Of a DNA stretch of 64,000 bases, positions 37,900-46,874 are shown piece by piece. The notes below the pieces were generated by a model. It was not told the DNA's origin. It was given only the letters and a program-made list of their open reading frames with translations, and ran no database searches. Source of the stretch: Bacteroidia bacterium (GTDB lineage Bacteria; Bacteroidota; Bacteroidia; NS11-12g; UBA9320); the NCBI GenBank assembly GCA_965216465.1, contig CBDCFW010000006.1, forward strand, positions 448,001 to 512,000, written 5' to 3'. The position numbers were made by a program, and so were the translations under genes. Within the stretch, counting starts at the first letter, position 1. Each line of letters begins with the position of its first letter.

Positions 37900-37914
37900 T
37901 AAGATAAGTATCTG

Positions 37915-38287
37915 TGGAGCTGCCGGGAGTCGAACCCGGGTCCGAATCGGAATAGAATTGCGCTTTCTACACGTTTATTGTTTCTTGATTTTCGAAGCAG
38001 GCCAGGTGAAACAATTACCCAATCTGCCCTTATCCTACATTATAAGTCCTAGCTTGGTAGAAATGGACCAGAACTATCTAAGCAGTGTCGACCGCTTGTA
38101 ACCCCTCGTCGCTTAGACAAAACTCGGGCAAGCGGATGGAAATTGTTTAATCACCTAGGATTAAGCAGCCATAGCGAAGTTGTTATCGCCTTCTATGTGT
38201 TGAAGGTTCAGATTTAAGAGCAACACCAACAACGCTCTACGTGCTTACACATCTATCGGCCAACCCGTCAAAAGCCAGAACAGCCCC
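37915..38287 (-). ncRNA. ssrA: tmRNA
   Basis: 5' GGGGCTG pairs with 3' CAGCTCC-A (G3-U alanine identity pair). T-arm CCGGGTTCGACTCCCGG. Internal tag ORF GDNNFAMAA* at 38190-38161. Confidence 0.96.
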
Positions 38288-38313
38288 ATGTATAATTGTA
38301 AAAGAACGAATTA

Positions 38314-38321
38314 CAAAAGTA
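38314..38321 (-). promoter_or_regulatory. -7 promoter element for ssrA
   Basis: TACTTTTG matches TAnnTTTG, about 27 nt upstream of the mature 5' end. Confidence 0.7.
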
Positions 38322-38377
38322 AATGCAAAAACCAATCCGCGATTCTGCAATTCCTCTTTTTACATGAAAATTTTTAG

Positions 38378-38662
38378 TTATTCAGCACAATCAAACCAAC
38401 TTTGGAAGGTATGCTGGAAGTTTACCTGACTCTTCGTCACTTTAAACTTGTCGCCTTTCTTGATGTCATAGCGCACCAATTTGCCCATCTCCCTAGGCTG
38501 TTTATTTACAAAAATTGTGCACTGAGCAGCGTTCGAAGACGCCCAAATTATCCCGTCATGACCGGCAACATATTCTGTATCTTGCTCAATATCGTACCGC
38601 ACACAATCGCTCTGATCGTTACAAGCAAAGCATATCAATACTATAAAGAGCAGGTATTTCAT
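38378..38662 (-). CDS. Small lipoprotein
   Basis: MKYLLFIVLICFAC lipobox. ATGA overlap with the upstream gene. Confidence 0.7.
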   Translation of the reverse strand: MKYLLFIVLICFACNDQSDCVRYDIEQDTEYVAGHDGIIWASSNAAQCTIFVNKQPREMGKLVRYDIKKGDKFKVTKSQVNFQHTFQSWFDCAE

Positions 38663-39267
38663 TGCACCTTAATTGTGCAACCAATAGCTTTTGTCGTAGA
38701 TGGATTTGGAGCTTCTCCAGATTTCAAAGCTTCAATAGCATTAGCCAAGTAACGTTGCTCTACTTTTTCTGGCTTGTAAACATTGTCATCAATCGCCCCA
38801 ATGTATTTCACAACACGATTTTTGTCCAACAAGAAAGCATGAGGTGTTCTTGTAGCTCCATATTGCGGGAAAATCTTTTGTCCATCGTCAAATAAATAAG
38901 GGAAATTAAACCCTTTTTCAGCTGCTCTCACCTTCATCTTTTCAAAGCTATCCTCACCATTTACTGCAGGATCATTTGGATTAATTGCAATTACTGGATA
39001 TCCCTGTGGACCATATTCGTTCTGCAATTCGATGATACGATCTTCATATGCCTTAGAATAAGGACAGTGATTGCATGTGAAAATTACTATATATCCATTG
39101 GCTTCTTCAAATTCTGATAGAGAATGCATGGCATCATCAGTACCTTTCAATTCAAAATCCGTAGCCACATCACCGATGTGATAACCGTGGTCACCGTGAT
39201 TGGGAGCCATAAAGGCCATTAAAGCTAAACTTGTTAAGCCAAGAAATGTGTAAATCAATTTTTTCAT
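38659..39267 (-). CDS. Thioredoxin-fold AhpC/TSA-like protein
   Basis: 'FTCNHCPY', 'YPVIAINPND', 'YGATRTP', 'GAIDD', 'IGCTIK'. Confidence 0.9.
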   Translation of the reverse strand: MKKLIYTFLGLTSLALMAFMAPNHGDHGYHIGDVATDFELKGTDDAMHSLSEFEEANGYIVIFTCNHCPYSKAYEDRIIELQNEYGPQGYPVIAINPNDPAVNGEDSFEKMKVRAAEKGFNFPYLFDDGQKIFPQYGATRTPHAFLLDKNRVVKYIGAIDDNVYKPEKVEQRYLANAIEALKSGEAPNPSTTKAIGCTIKVQ

Positions 39268-39743
39268 TGTATTGCGTTTATATCGTTTTGTAATTCTGTT
39301 ATGCTATGGTACATTTTTTCGTGCTTGCCATAAACTTCACCCTTCCAAATTAACGTGTAAGGAATCGCTCCTGACCAGTTCGAATCGATTTCATTGATCC
39401 ATTTGTTGCTATCAGGATCCATTAAAACCACCATCTCAACATCATAACCTCGCTTTTTCATGAATGCTTCAGCGTTCTCAGCCTTAAAATCCAAGCTCAC
39501 CAAAACCATCTTAAATCGTTCATTTTCAACGATTTTGTTTAAGCTATCGAACAATGGAAGCTCTTGAACACATGGCCTACACCAGGTGGCCCAGAAATTC
39601 ACAACATAAGTCGTATCATTGTCTTTATTGAGGTAGTCGTTTGAGAAATTTTCAAAACTTTCATAGGTCTTTACTTGAGCATTGGACATAAATCCAAGGC
39701 TAACGATTAAGAGAAATAATCCAGTTCTGATCATTGCGTGCAC
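39264..39743 (-). CDS. TlpA-like disulfide oxidoreductase
   Basis: 'VVNFWATWCRPCVQELP', 'WSGAIP'. Confidence 0.9.
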   Translation of the reverse strand: MHAMIRTGLFLLIVSLGFMSNAQVKTYESFENFSNDYLNKDNDTTYVVNFWATWCRPCVQELPLFDSLNKIVENERFKMVLVSLDFKAENAEAFMKKRGYDVEMVVLMDPDSNKWINEIDSNWSGAIPYTLIWKGEVYGKHEKMYHSITELQNDINAIQ

Positions 39744-39818
39744 AATATAAACATAAGCCTACAAGCTTTGTTCATCGATTCGATAGAATCTCGATTTCAA
39801 ACCATAATTTGACATAAC

Positions 39819-39854
39819 TTGAACCAGTTCAACTTTTTTCTTGAATCAGTTCAT
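39819..39854 (+). promoter_or_regulatory. Two Crp/Fnr-type palindromic boxes
   Basis: TTGAACCAGTTCAA (39819-39832) and TTGAATCAGTTCAT (39841-39854), upstream of the SnoaL + Crp/Fnr genes. Confidence 0.6.
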
Positions 39855-39902
39855 TTTTCCCGAATAACAGGTCCGACACCTTTGTACTGGAAATTAAAAA
39901 TT

Positions 39903-40418
39903 ATGGCAACAAATAAGCAAAACGAACCTATTCCCTCTTCATTAACCCCTATTATCAACTTTGATGATCACATTCAAGGCAACTGGACCCAAGAGGAAAC
40001 CAACAACGTAAAAACGGTAGTTGACTTCTTCCAACACCTCATGAACGAGCACGATTACGACTACACGCTCAAGAATCATGACAAAGGACCTTACATCCAG
40101 CACAACCGAGCAATACCTACAGGAATTAAGGGGCTAATCTCATATGTTAAACAAATGGTGAAACGCTATCCCGATTACTCATTTGATGTTAAACACATTA
40201 TAGCCAGCGGTGATATGGTAGTACTTCACAGTCATACCACCCTCCAAGCCAAACACCGAGGAAACGAAAAGAAAGGCTTCATCATTACAGACACCTTCCG
40301 ATTAAATCAAGGAAAACTAGTAGAACATTGGGATGCCATCCAACCTATAGATGGAATGTCGCGTTTCATTTTCTTGCTCATTGGCGGACAGGTAAAAAAC
40401 AACCATTCCACTTTTTAA
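39903..40418 (+). CDS. SnoaL/NTF2-like protein
   Basis: 'YIQHN…G', 'IASGDMVVLH', 'DTFRLNQGKLVEHWD'. ATG at 39903. Confidence 0.88.
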   Translation: MATNKQNEPIPSSLTPIINFDDHIQGNWTQEETNNVKTVVDFFQHLMNEHDYDYTLKNHDKGPYIQHNRAIPTGIKGLISYVKQMVKRYPDYSFDVKHIIASGDMVVLHSHTTLQAKHRGNEKKGFIITDTFRLNQGKLVEHWDAIQPIDGMSRFIFLLIGGQVKNNHSTF

Positions 40419-40444
40419 GGTGAATTGAACATGTCTTTGTATTT

Positions 40445-41074
40445 TTGATTCGGAAGAGTCGAAAAGAAGACATGAACGAATTCAAACAGCAAATCAGGAA
40501 TAAGCTAAACACTAAGTTTAGAGAACTGCAATTGCCTGTTGATGAACAACTTATATCTGACTACATCAACATTCTTGAATTTCGTAAAGTCAAAAAGAAA
40601 CAGTTTATTGGTCAACCTGGATTCCCGCGTTTGCACGAAACTTACGTTGTTCAAGGTGCCTTTCGAGCCTTCTTTCTCGACGATGCTGGCAACGAGCAAA
40701 CCATTCAATTCGCCATCGACGATTGGTACATCAACGACCTGCGGAGCTATCTTTCGGGAGAATCCGCAACGTTATACATTGAAGCCTTAGAAGATTCCAT
40801 CATCGCGGACATTCCCAAATCAAAAATGGAAGAACTATGTGATCAATATCCGGCTCTCCAAAAATTGTATCGCATAACTGCCCAACGTGCTTTCGCTTAT
40901 GCTCAAAAACGTATGGTATCGAACCTTCAAAAATCTGCTGAAGAACGATACTCCGATTTCGAAGCGAACTACCCAGGTATGGTATTGCGTGTACCTCAAC
41001 ACGCCCTTGCCTCCTACCTAAATATGAGTCACGAATACCTGAGCAAGATTAGAAGCAAGCGAGTAAAAAGCTAG
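40445..41074 (+). CDS. Crp/Fnr-family transcriptional regulator
   Basis: cNMP-binding fold and 'AEERY…VPQHALASYLNMSHEYLSKIR' HTH. Start may be ATG at 40472. Confidence 0.92.
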   Translation: MIRKSRKEDMNEFKQQIRNKLNTKFRELQLPVDEQLISDYINILEFRKVKKKQFIGQPGFPRLHETYVVQGAFRAFFLDDAGNEQTIQFAIDDWYINDLRSYLSGESATLYIEALEDSIIADIPKSKMEELCDQYPALQKLYRITAQRAFAYAQKRMVSNLQKSAEERYSDFEANYPGMVLRVPQHALASYLNMSHEYLSKIRSKRVKS

Positions 41075-41124
41075 TTTTATCCAAGTTCATGCCAACCATT
41101 CTAAGAAGTGCCTAACTTAGCTAC

Positions 41125-41505
41125 ATGAAGAGGTTCAATAGTATATTTCTGACTTTACAGCTAATCTGTTGGATTGCCATGACCGTCGTTCAAGCCGATT
41201 CTTTCTTCATCAATCAATCACCTCGATGGTTTGAACTTTTAGGAATTGCATTGATCGTACAGGCGGTTGCAATCTCGATTTATACGTTTAATAAAAAACT
41301 AAAACTTAATCCCCTCTGGAGAAACCTATTCTTGGGTTCTGCTCTAATCTATGGAGCCTTGTTTTTAAGCAGCACAGATATCATTCACTCAAGGCTGTTA
41401 GACTCTATTCAAGGAGGAATGATGTCAATTCTTCTAACAAACCTCTTCTACTTCCTAACTGTTTTTCCAATTGTTCAGGAACTCAAAAAGAGTCTGAAGC
41501 AATAG
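41125..41505 (+). CDS. Four-helix membrane protein
   Basis: Four hydrophobic segments. Confidence 0.65.
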   Translation: MKRFNSIFLTLQLICWIAMTVVQADSFFINQSPRWFELLGIALIVQAVAISIYTFNKKLKLNPLWRNLFLGSALIYGALFLSSTDIIHSRLLDSIQGGMMSILLTNLFYFLTVFPIVQELKKSLKQ

Positions 41506-41593
41506 CATACCAAAATCTTATTAATTTTACCGCGGAGTTTACAAAAAACCATCTCACCAGATCTTCATTGAGCCCTGCTTATAAAGATAAACT

Positions 41594-43132
41594 ATGCTAA
41601 TCAAAACCTATGGAAGTGCCGTGTACGGAATTGCTGCTCAACTGATTACGGTTGAAGTAGATGTTGGACAAGGGGCAAAAACACAGATTATTGGACTCCC
41701 AGACAATGCCGTTAAAGAAAGTCAACCTCGCGTAAATGCCGCAATGAAAAACTGCGGATATACTTATCCGCGAAAAGGAGTTGTTGTGAACATGGCACCT
41801 GCTGACATTAAAAAAGAAGGATCGGCGTATGACCTGACCATCGCTATCGGGGTGATGGCTGCAGGAGAATTGTTGTCAACCGACATGCTCGACTCTACCC
41901 TTATAATGGGCGAACTTTCTTTGGATGGAAGTCTTCTTCCCGTTAAAGGAGCATTACCTATTGCTATCCAAGCACAAAAAGATGGTTTTCAACGACTTAT
42001 ATTGCCAAAAGACAATGCTCGAGAAGCCGCTATTGTAAAAGACATTGCAGTTTTTGGCCTTGAAAATTTGAAAGAAGTGGTTCAGTTTCTGGAAGGTGAA
42101 TCTACGGTCAAACCAACCACTGTCGATCCCCGAAGTGAATTTGCCCAAAATATCAAACAAATGACCAATGACTTTAGCGATGTAAAAGGCCAAACCAATA
42201 TCAAAAGAGCAATGGAAATCGCTGCTGCGGGTGGACATAACATCATCCTCATCGGACCTCCGGGAGCAGGAAAGACCATGTTGGCCAAAAGACTAAATAC
42301 CATTCTTCCACCCATGAATTTACATGAGGCATTAGAGACCACCAAAATACACTCTGTGGCCGGACGATTAGGGTCTAATGCCAGCCTGATGGCTCAACGA
42401 CCGTTTCGAAGCCCGCATCACACCATTAGTGATGTTGCCTTGGTTGGTGGTGGAAATCATCCGCAACCGGGTGAAATCAGTTTGGCACATAATGGAGTAC
42501 TATTTTTGGACGAGTTACCAGAATTCAAACGAACCGTACTCGAAGTGCTGCGTCAGCCGCTCGAAGAACGCAAGGTTACCATCAGCAGAGCAAAGTTCTC
42601 GGTTGACTATCCGAGCAGCATGATGTTAGTGGCCAGTATGAATCCATGTCCATGTGGCTACTTCAACCATCCCGAAAAAGAATGTGTATGTGCTCCTGGA
42701 GTAGTACAGAAATACTTAAGCAAGATATCTGGTCCTTTACTCGACCGCATCGATATTCATATTGAGGTAACCCCAGTTAACTTTGAGCAAATTCACGAAT
42801 CAGGAAAGAAAGAAGAATCAAGCTCGACCATTCGTGAACGAGTTGTGAAGGCTAGAGCTGTTCAAAATCAACGCTTTACAGACTTGCCTATATACAACAA
42901 TGCTCAAATGGAAAGCAGCCTGATTCGCAAGCATTGCACCATCGACCAGCAAGGACCTATCTTACTAAAAGGAGCTATGAACAAGCTCAATCTATCTGCC
43001 CGTGCCTATGATCGCATACTAAAAGTGAGTCGCACAATTGCTGACCTGGCAGGCAGTGAATCGATTCAAATGGAACACCTTGCAGAAGCCATCCATTTCA
43101 GAAGTCTTGATCGTGAAAATTGGGGAGCTTAG
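41594..43132 (+). CDS. comM: YifB/ComM Mg-chelatase-like AAA+ ATPase
   Basis: 'GLPDNAVKES', 'KKEGSAYDL', 'GPPGAGKTMLA', 'RPFRSPHH', 'PGEISLAHNGVLFLDELPEF', 'NPCPCG'. Confidence 0.93.
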   Translation: MLIKTYGSAVYGIAAQLITVEVDVGQGAKTQIIGLPDNAVKESQPRVNAAMKNCGYTYPRKGVVVNMAPADIKKEGSAYDLTIAIGVMAAGELLSTDMLDSTLIMGELSLDGSLLPVKGALPIAIQAQKDGFQRLILPKDNAREAAIVKDIAVFGLENLKEVVQFLEGESTVKPTTVDPRSEFAQNIKQMTNDFSDVKGQTNIKRAMEIAAAGGHNIILIGPPGAGKTMLAKRLNTILPPMNLHEALETTKIHSVAGRLGSNASLMAQRPFRSPHHTISDVALVGGGNHPQPGEISLAHNGVLFLDELPEFKRTVLEVLRQPLEERKVTISRAKFSVDYPSSMMLVASMNPCPCGYFNHPEKECVCAPGVVQKYLSKISGPLLDRIDIHIEVTPVNFEQIHESGKKEESSSTIRERVVKARAVQNQRFTDLPIYNNAQMESSLIRKHCTIDQQGPILLKGAMNKLNLSARAYDRILKVSRTIADLAGSESIQMEHLAEAIHFRSLDRENWGA

Positions 43133-43183
43133 GCCAACAACCTAAATCCAATCTCAGGAAATTTACTTTACCAAACTTGCATT

Positions 43184-43225
43184 TGTAACTTTTTTGTTAC
43201 ATATATTTGTAACCATATTGTTACA
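43184..43225 (+). promoter_or_regulatory. Two TGTAAC-N6-GTTACA operators flanking a TATATTTG promoter element (ArsR autoregulation)
   Basis: Perfect palindromes at 43184-43201 and 43208-43225. -7 element at 43202-43209. Confidence 0.8.
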
Positions 43226-43228
43226 TTA

Positions 43229-43558
43229 ATGAGACGAGATGTATTTCAAGCCATAGCAGACCCCATTCGAAGAGACATTATCGAAATGTTATCAGAGCAG
43301 TCACTTACTGTAAATGAGGTGGCTAGCCGATTTGATATTAGTCGTCCTGCCATTTCTAAGCACTTGAAACTATTGCACGAATGCGACATTATAGACTATG
43401 ATCAAGTAGGAAGAACACGCTACTGCGTAATCAAACCCAAACAGCTTCTACCTGCTTTTTTATGGATCAAACAATACAATCAGCTATGGGAAGATCGCCT
43501 CGACTCATTTGAGAACTATTTAAACGAATTGCAATCTAATCCGAACAAAAATGAATAA
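43229..43558 (+). CDS. ArsR/SmtB-family regulator
   Basis: 'VFQAIADPIRRDII…ISRPAISKHLKLL'. Confidence 0.93.
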   Translation: MRRDVFQAIADPIRRDIIEMLSEQSLTVNEVASRFDISRPAISKHLKLLHECDIIDYDQVGRTRYCVIKPKQLLPAFLWIKQYNQLWEDRLDSFENYLNELQSNPNKNE

Positions 43559-43997
43559 TCTAGACAATCGAACATTGACCATCGAGAAAACCTTTAATGC
43601 TCCTATTCAACTTGTATGGAACGCTTGGACCAAATCAGAGCACATTGCAAAATGGTGGGCTCCTCCTGGAGCTTCGTTGGAAATAATCGAGCATAATTTT
43701 ACTGAAGGTGGCGTTTGGAAATATGCCATGCCAATGCCCAACGGTAGCCAATTTATTTCCGAAGGCAAATACATCAAAATCGTTGAATTAGAGGAGATTA
43801 TCTCCACAGCAGACTTCAAGCCGATGACCGAAAACGTAGAACTGCACATTCATTTTGAAGCAAGAGGAGAACAAACCCAGCTGACTTTTAGCGTTGTTCA
43901 TGAAACAGAAGAGTACTGTCGTCAACAAGAAAAAATGGGCTTTTATAACGGATGGGGATCGACATTGGATAGGCTGGAATCACTAGTCGAAAACTAG
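43551..43997 (+). CDS. SRPBCC/AHSA1-like protein
   Basis: 'FNAPIQLVWNAWT…KWWAP…GWGSTLDRL'. Confidence 0.92.
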   Translation: MNNLDNRTLTIEKTFNAPIQLVWNAWTKSEHIAKWWAPPGASLEIIEHNFTEGGVWKYAMPMPNGSQFISEGKYIKIVELEEIISTADFKPMTENVELHIHFEARGEQTQLTFSVVHETEEYCRQQEKMGFYNGWGSTLDRLESLVEN

Positions 43998-44104
43998 AAC
44001 ACTTCTGTATTCATATCATAGTACTATAGCCTAATAGAAAATTCGAATCAGTTTATCGCTTCAATTAAACCTCCATTGACCACAACTCACTTACCTTTGC
44101 GCCA

Positions 44105-44497
44105 ATGCGTTTAATTCAAACCCGTATATGCATGGCTAAGGACCTAGGTGTTCATGGCAATCTCTTCGGAGGAATCATGATGGCATGGATTGATGAAGCG
44201 GCTAGTGCAATGGCCGTTAGTTTATGCCACACCCCAAACATGGTAACTGTTAAGGTGGATGAGCTCGTATTTAAGAAAAAGGTGAAAGAAGGCTTCCTAA
44301 TTAGAATTTATGGTGATGTAGCTAAAATGGGAAATACTTCTGTTACATTTAACATAGAAGCACGAAAGGTCAGCGTTTATACCGACGAAGAAGATGTGGT
44401 GGTAAGCACTCAAATTACTTTCGTACGTATAGATGAAGAAGGTAGACCGACTCCAATTCCTTCTACCGTAAAGGCACGTTTCGCAGACAAAGGCTAA
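44105..44497 (+). CDS. Acyl-CoA thioesterase (hotdog fold, YciA-like)
   Basis: 'HGNLFGGIMMAWIDEAA', 'GNTSV', 'TFVRIDEEGRP'. Confidence 0.92.
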   Translation: MRLIQTRICMAKDLGVHGNLFGGIMMAWIDEAASAMAVSLCHTPNMVTVKVDELVFKKKVKEGFLIRIYGDVAKMGNTSVTFNIEARKVSVYTDEEDVVVSTQITFVRIDEEGRPTPIPSTVKARFADKG

Positions 44498-44579
44498 CCG
44501 TTAGTCAATTCAAATTGATCGATTGTGCATCAGCCGCAATCTTTTAGAAACCTTATGGTTATTAGGAAAAGCTCACATT

Positions 44580-45275
44580 ATGAAATTCCTAAAAACCAAA
44601 TCCCCAGATCGTGTAATCCTATTTGAAATAGGTATTATCTTAGCCCTTCTTGCTGTAAACTATGTTTTTGGCTTAAGCTATAACGCCACCTTTGTAATTG
44701 GTGACCCCATTGAAGAGCCGCCATTTGATACCCTCTTTATTTACAATCCTCCAGCAGATCCAATCATACCCGAAGTGGAGCCTGAGCAAAAACAAGAGCC
44801 CGCTCAAATATTTGATATCACATCTATAATCAAGCAGGTGCCTGATGTTTTCAAAGTTGAAGAGAAGAAACTTCCAAAAATTCTCCCACCAAACACCGGA
44901 CTAATTGCTCCAATAAAGCTTGCACCTAGACACGATTCGTCTAGAATAATTGACATATATGAAGCAGAAATTATGCCTGAATTTCCAGGTGGGCCAGATG
45001 AGCTGCAAAAATATATTTCCGACAATTATGAAATTCCATATCACGTAATGAACATGGTAGATGAAATAAAAATGAACATTGAATTTATTATCGACGAAAA
45101 AGGGCAAGTTGTTGATGTTAAGATACTTACATGCTCAAAGCCTGGACTTGGTGCCGAAAGAGAAGCGATTCGCGTATACAGAAATATGCCGAAATGGACA
45201 CCAGCCGAATTCAATGGTCATCCCGTAAAAATAAGACTCAGACAACCGTTTAACATTCGCGTTGACTCGTATTAA
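44580..45275 (+). CDS. Energy transducer TonB-family protein
   Basis: N-terminal TM, Pro/Glu-rich linker, 'MPEFPGG…FIIDEKG…EAIRV…MPKWTPA…G.PV'. Confidence 0.88.
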   Translation: MKFLKTKSPDRVILFEIGIILALLAVNYVFGLSYNATFVIGDPIEEPPFDTLFIYNPPADPIIPEVEPEQKQEPAQIFDITSIIKQVPDVFKVEEKKLPKILPPNTGLIAPIKLAPRHDSSRIIDIYEAEIMPEFPGGPDELQKYISDNYEIPYHVMNMVDEIKMNIEFIIDEKGQVVDVKILTCSKPGLGAEREAIRVYRNMPKWTPAEFNGHPVKIRLRQPFNIRVDSY

Positions 45276-45352
45276 TTAATGTTGGCATAATTATGGAAAT
45301 ATATCTTACATATTCGGTAAGGTAGTTTTCGTAAACTTAGCTTTTAGTAAAC

Positions 45353-45376
45353 AAAGGGGGCAATCGCCCCCTTTTT
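45353..45376 (+). terminator. Intrinsic terminator
   Basis: AAAGGGGGC-AATC-GCCCCCTTTTT. Confidence 0.85.
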
Positions 45377-45489
45377 CTTTAAACATATTGGAGCCAAATC
45401 ATTCGCTTCATCCAGAACTAGCCGTTTGTCAAAATCTGTGTAAATGCCTAATAATCCATTGTTAATGACTCATTGGAGTGTAAAATTTG

Positions 45490-45522
45490 CCCGCTTTTCA
45501 ACTGAAATTTCCCGTTTATCAA
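45490..45522 (+). promoter_or_regulatory. LytTR-type direct repeats
   Basis: CCCGCTTTTCAA (45490) and CCCGTTTATCAA (45511), 21-bp period. A third copy GCCGTTTGTCAA lies at 45421. Confidence 0.6.
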
Positions 45523-45565
45523 TTCTGCGCTTTTACAAGCGGATATTTGGCGTTATCTTTACGAT

Positions 45566-46141
45566 ATGAATCATTTAAGAAGTTTACTAAAGTTCGCATT
45601 CCTAACCCTAATCATGGTAGGATTTGCAAATGCTAGTATGGCAGGTGATGATAAAGACAAAAAGAAAAACAGCAACCAGCCTTCTAAAACCTCTAAATGC
45701 GACTCTACATTGTTAGATGTTGATATCGATGCTCCTGATACTGAAGACACACTTGTTTTTGAAGATTGGGACAACCCAGACGGTGGTGGTACTATTGGAA
45801 CCGACCCAAGTCATGTAGCGAGCGGTTTCAACCTTGATGCGAAGCATTCTGGCATGCACGACAGTCGAAATTTCAACAACGCAATGCTCGATAAACTAAA
45901 AGACTTTAAAAAAGACTATGAAGTATCGTTCACTGTGTATCCGAATCCGACCGTTTCGCGATTAAACATTCGCACCGACAATATTCCAAACGATATTCGA
46001 GTTTCTGATATAATGGGACGAGTTCATTTAATCTCGTCTTACACTACAGAAATTTCTGTTGGGGATCTTCCTACAGGCACATATGTAATTCAATTGGTTT
46101 ACAATGATCACATTGAGTCTCGGAAGTTTGTGAAGAATTGA
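45566..46141 (+). CDS. Small T9SS type A CTD protein
   Basis: Signal peptide, short acidic region, then 'VYPNPT…VSDIMGR…LPTGTYVI…KFVK'. Confidence 0.85.
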   Translation: MNHLRSLLKFAFLTLIMVGFANASMAGDDKDKKKNSNQPSKTSKCDSTLLDVDIDAPDTEDTLVFEDWDNPDGGGTIGTDPSHVASGFNLDAKHSGMHDSRNFNNAMLDKLKDFKKDYEVSFTVYPNPTVSRLNIRTDNIPNDIRVSDIMGRVHLISSYTTEISVGDLPTGTYVIQLVYNDHIESRKFVKN

Positions 46142-46169
46142 TTTTGTATAACCCTTAAATTTTATCGCT

Positions 46170-46874
46170 ATGTTGAGAGCAGTAATTATCGATGACGAGA
46201 GAAAAAGCAGAGAAAACCTTGAACTTCTTTTACAATCTTTTGTAGAGAATGTAGAAATAGTTGGCAAAGCCAATGGAGTAATGACGGGTATTCGAGCTAT
46301 CAACGATGAAGAGCCTGACCTCGTTTTTCTAGACATTCATTTGGCTAGTGGCGATGGATTTCAAATCTTAGAGGGTATCAAAAACAAAAATCAGAACGTC
46401 ATCTTTGTTACTGGTCATGAAGAACATGCAGTTAAAGCTTTTCGTTCCGATGCAATTGACTATTTGCTTAAACCCGTTTGCATAGAACACCTTCAAAATG
46501 CAGTTGAACGTGTTAGAACGCGTCAAGGATCTTCAAAAAGCGAGAAAACTGGTCAAATTTCACTATCAACTTCTAAAGGTCTTCAATTTTTGAAAACTGA
46601 AGATATTGTCTATTGCAAGGGTGACGGTGCATATACTTATTTCTTCCTAAAAAATGGAGAACGTATTACCACTTCTAAAAATTTAAAAGCCTACGAAGAG
46701 CGTCTAAAAGACTACAACTTTTTTAGATCGCACAAATCATATCTAGTTAATTTGTCTGAAATTAAAACGTACATTCGTGGGGAAGGCAGCTATGCAGTTA
46801 TGACCAACGGAGATAGCGTTGGTGTTTCAAAACGTCGTAAAGACCATTTCTTGGCTGCATTAGGCAGTGCATAA
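46170..46874 (+). CDS. LytTR-family response regulator
   Basis: Receiver 'IIDDE…LVFLDI…DYLLKP' and LytTR 'FFRSHKSYLVN'. Confidence 0.95.
   Translation: MLRAVIIDDERKSRENLELLLQSFVENVEIVGKANGVMTGIRAINDEEPDLVFLDIHLASGDGFQILEGIKNKNQNVIFVTGHEEHAVKAFRSDAIDYLLKPVCIEHLQNAVERVRTRQGSSKSEKTGQISLSTSKGLQFLKTEDIVYCKGDGAYTYFFLKNGERITTSKNLKAYEERLKDYNFFRSHKSYLVNLSEIKTYIRGEGSYAVMTNGDSVGVSKRRKDHFLAALGSA

Larger units (their letters stand above)
7198..37928. mobile_element. Genomic island integrated at the ssrA 3' end (about 30.7 kb), no integrase seen
   Basis: Flanking direct repeat, visibly AT-richer than the right flank, and cargo of R-M, HNH, PIN, RadC, DUF3871/AAA and IS3. Confidence 0.8.

Noticed and set aside
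37874-38429. Plus-strand ORFs 37874-38101 and 38241-38429
   Set aside because: They lie antisense to the tmRNA gene and its promoter and show no protein features.
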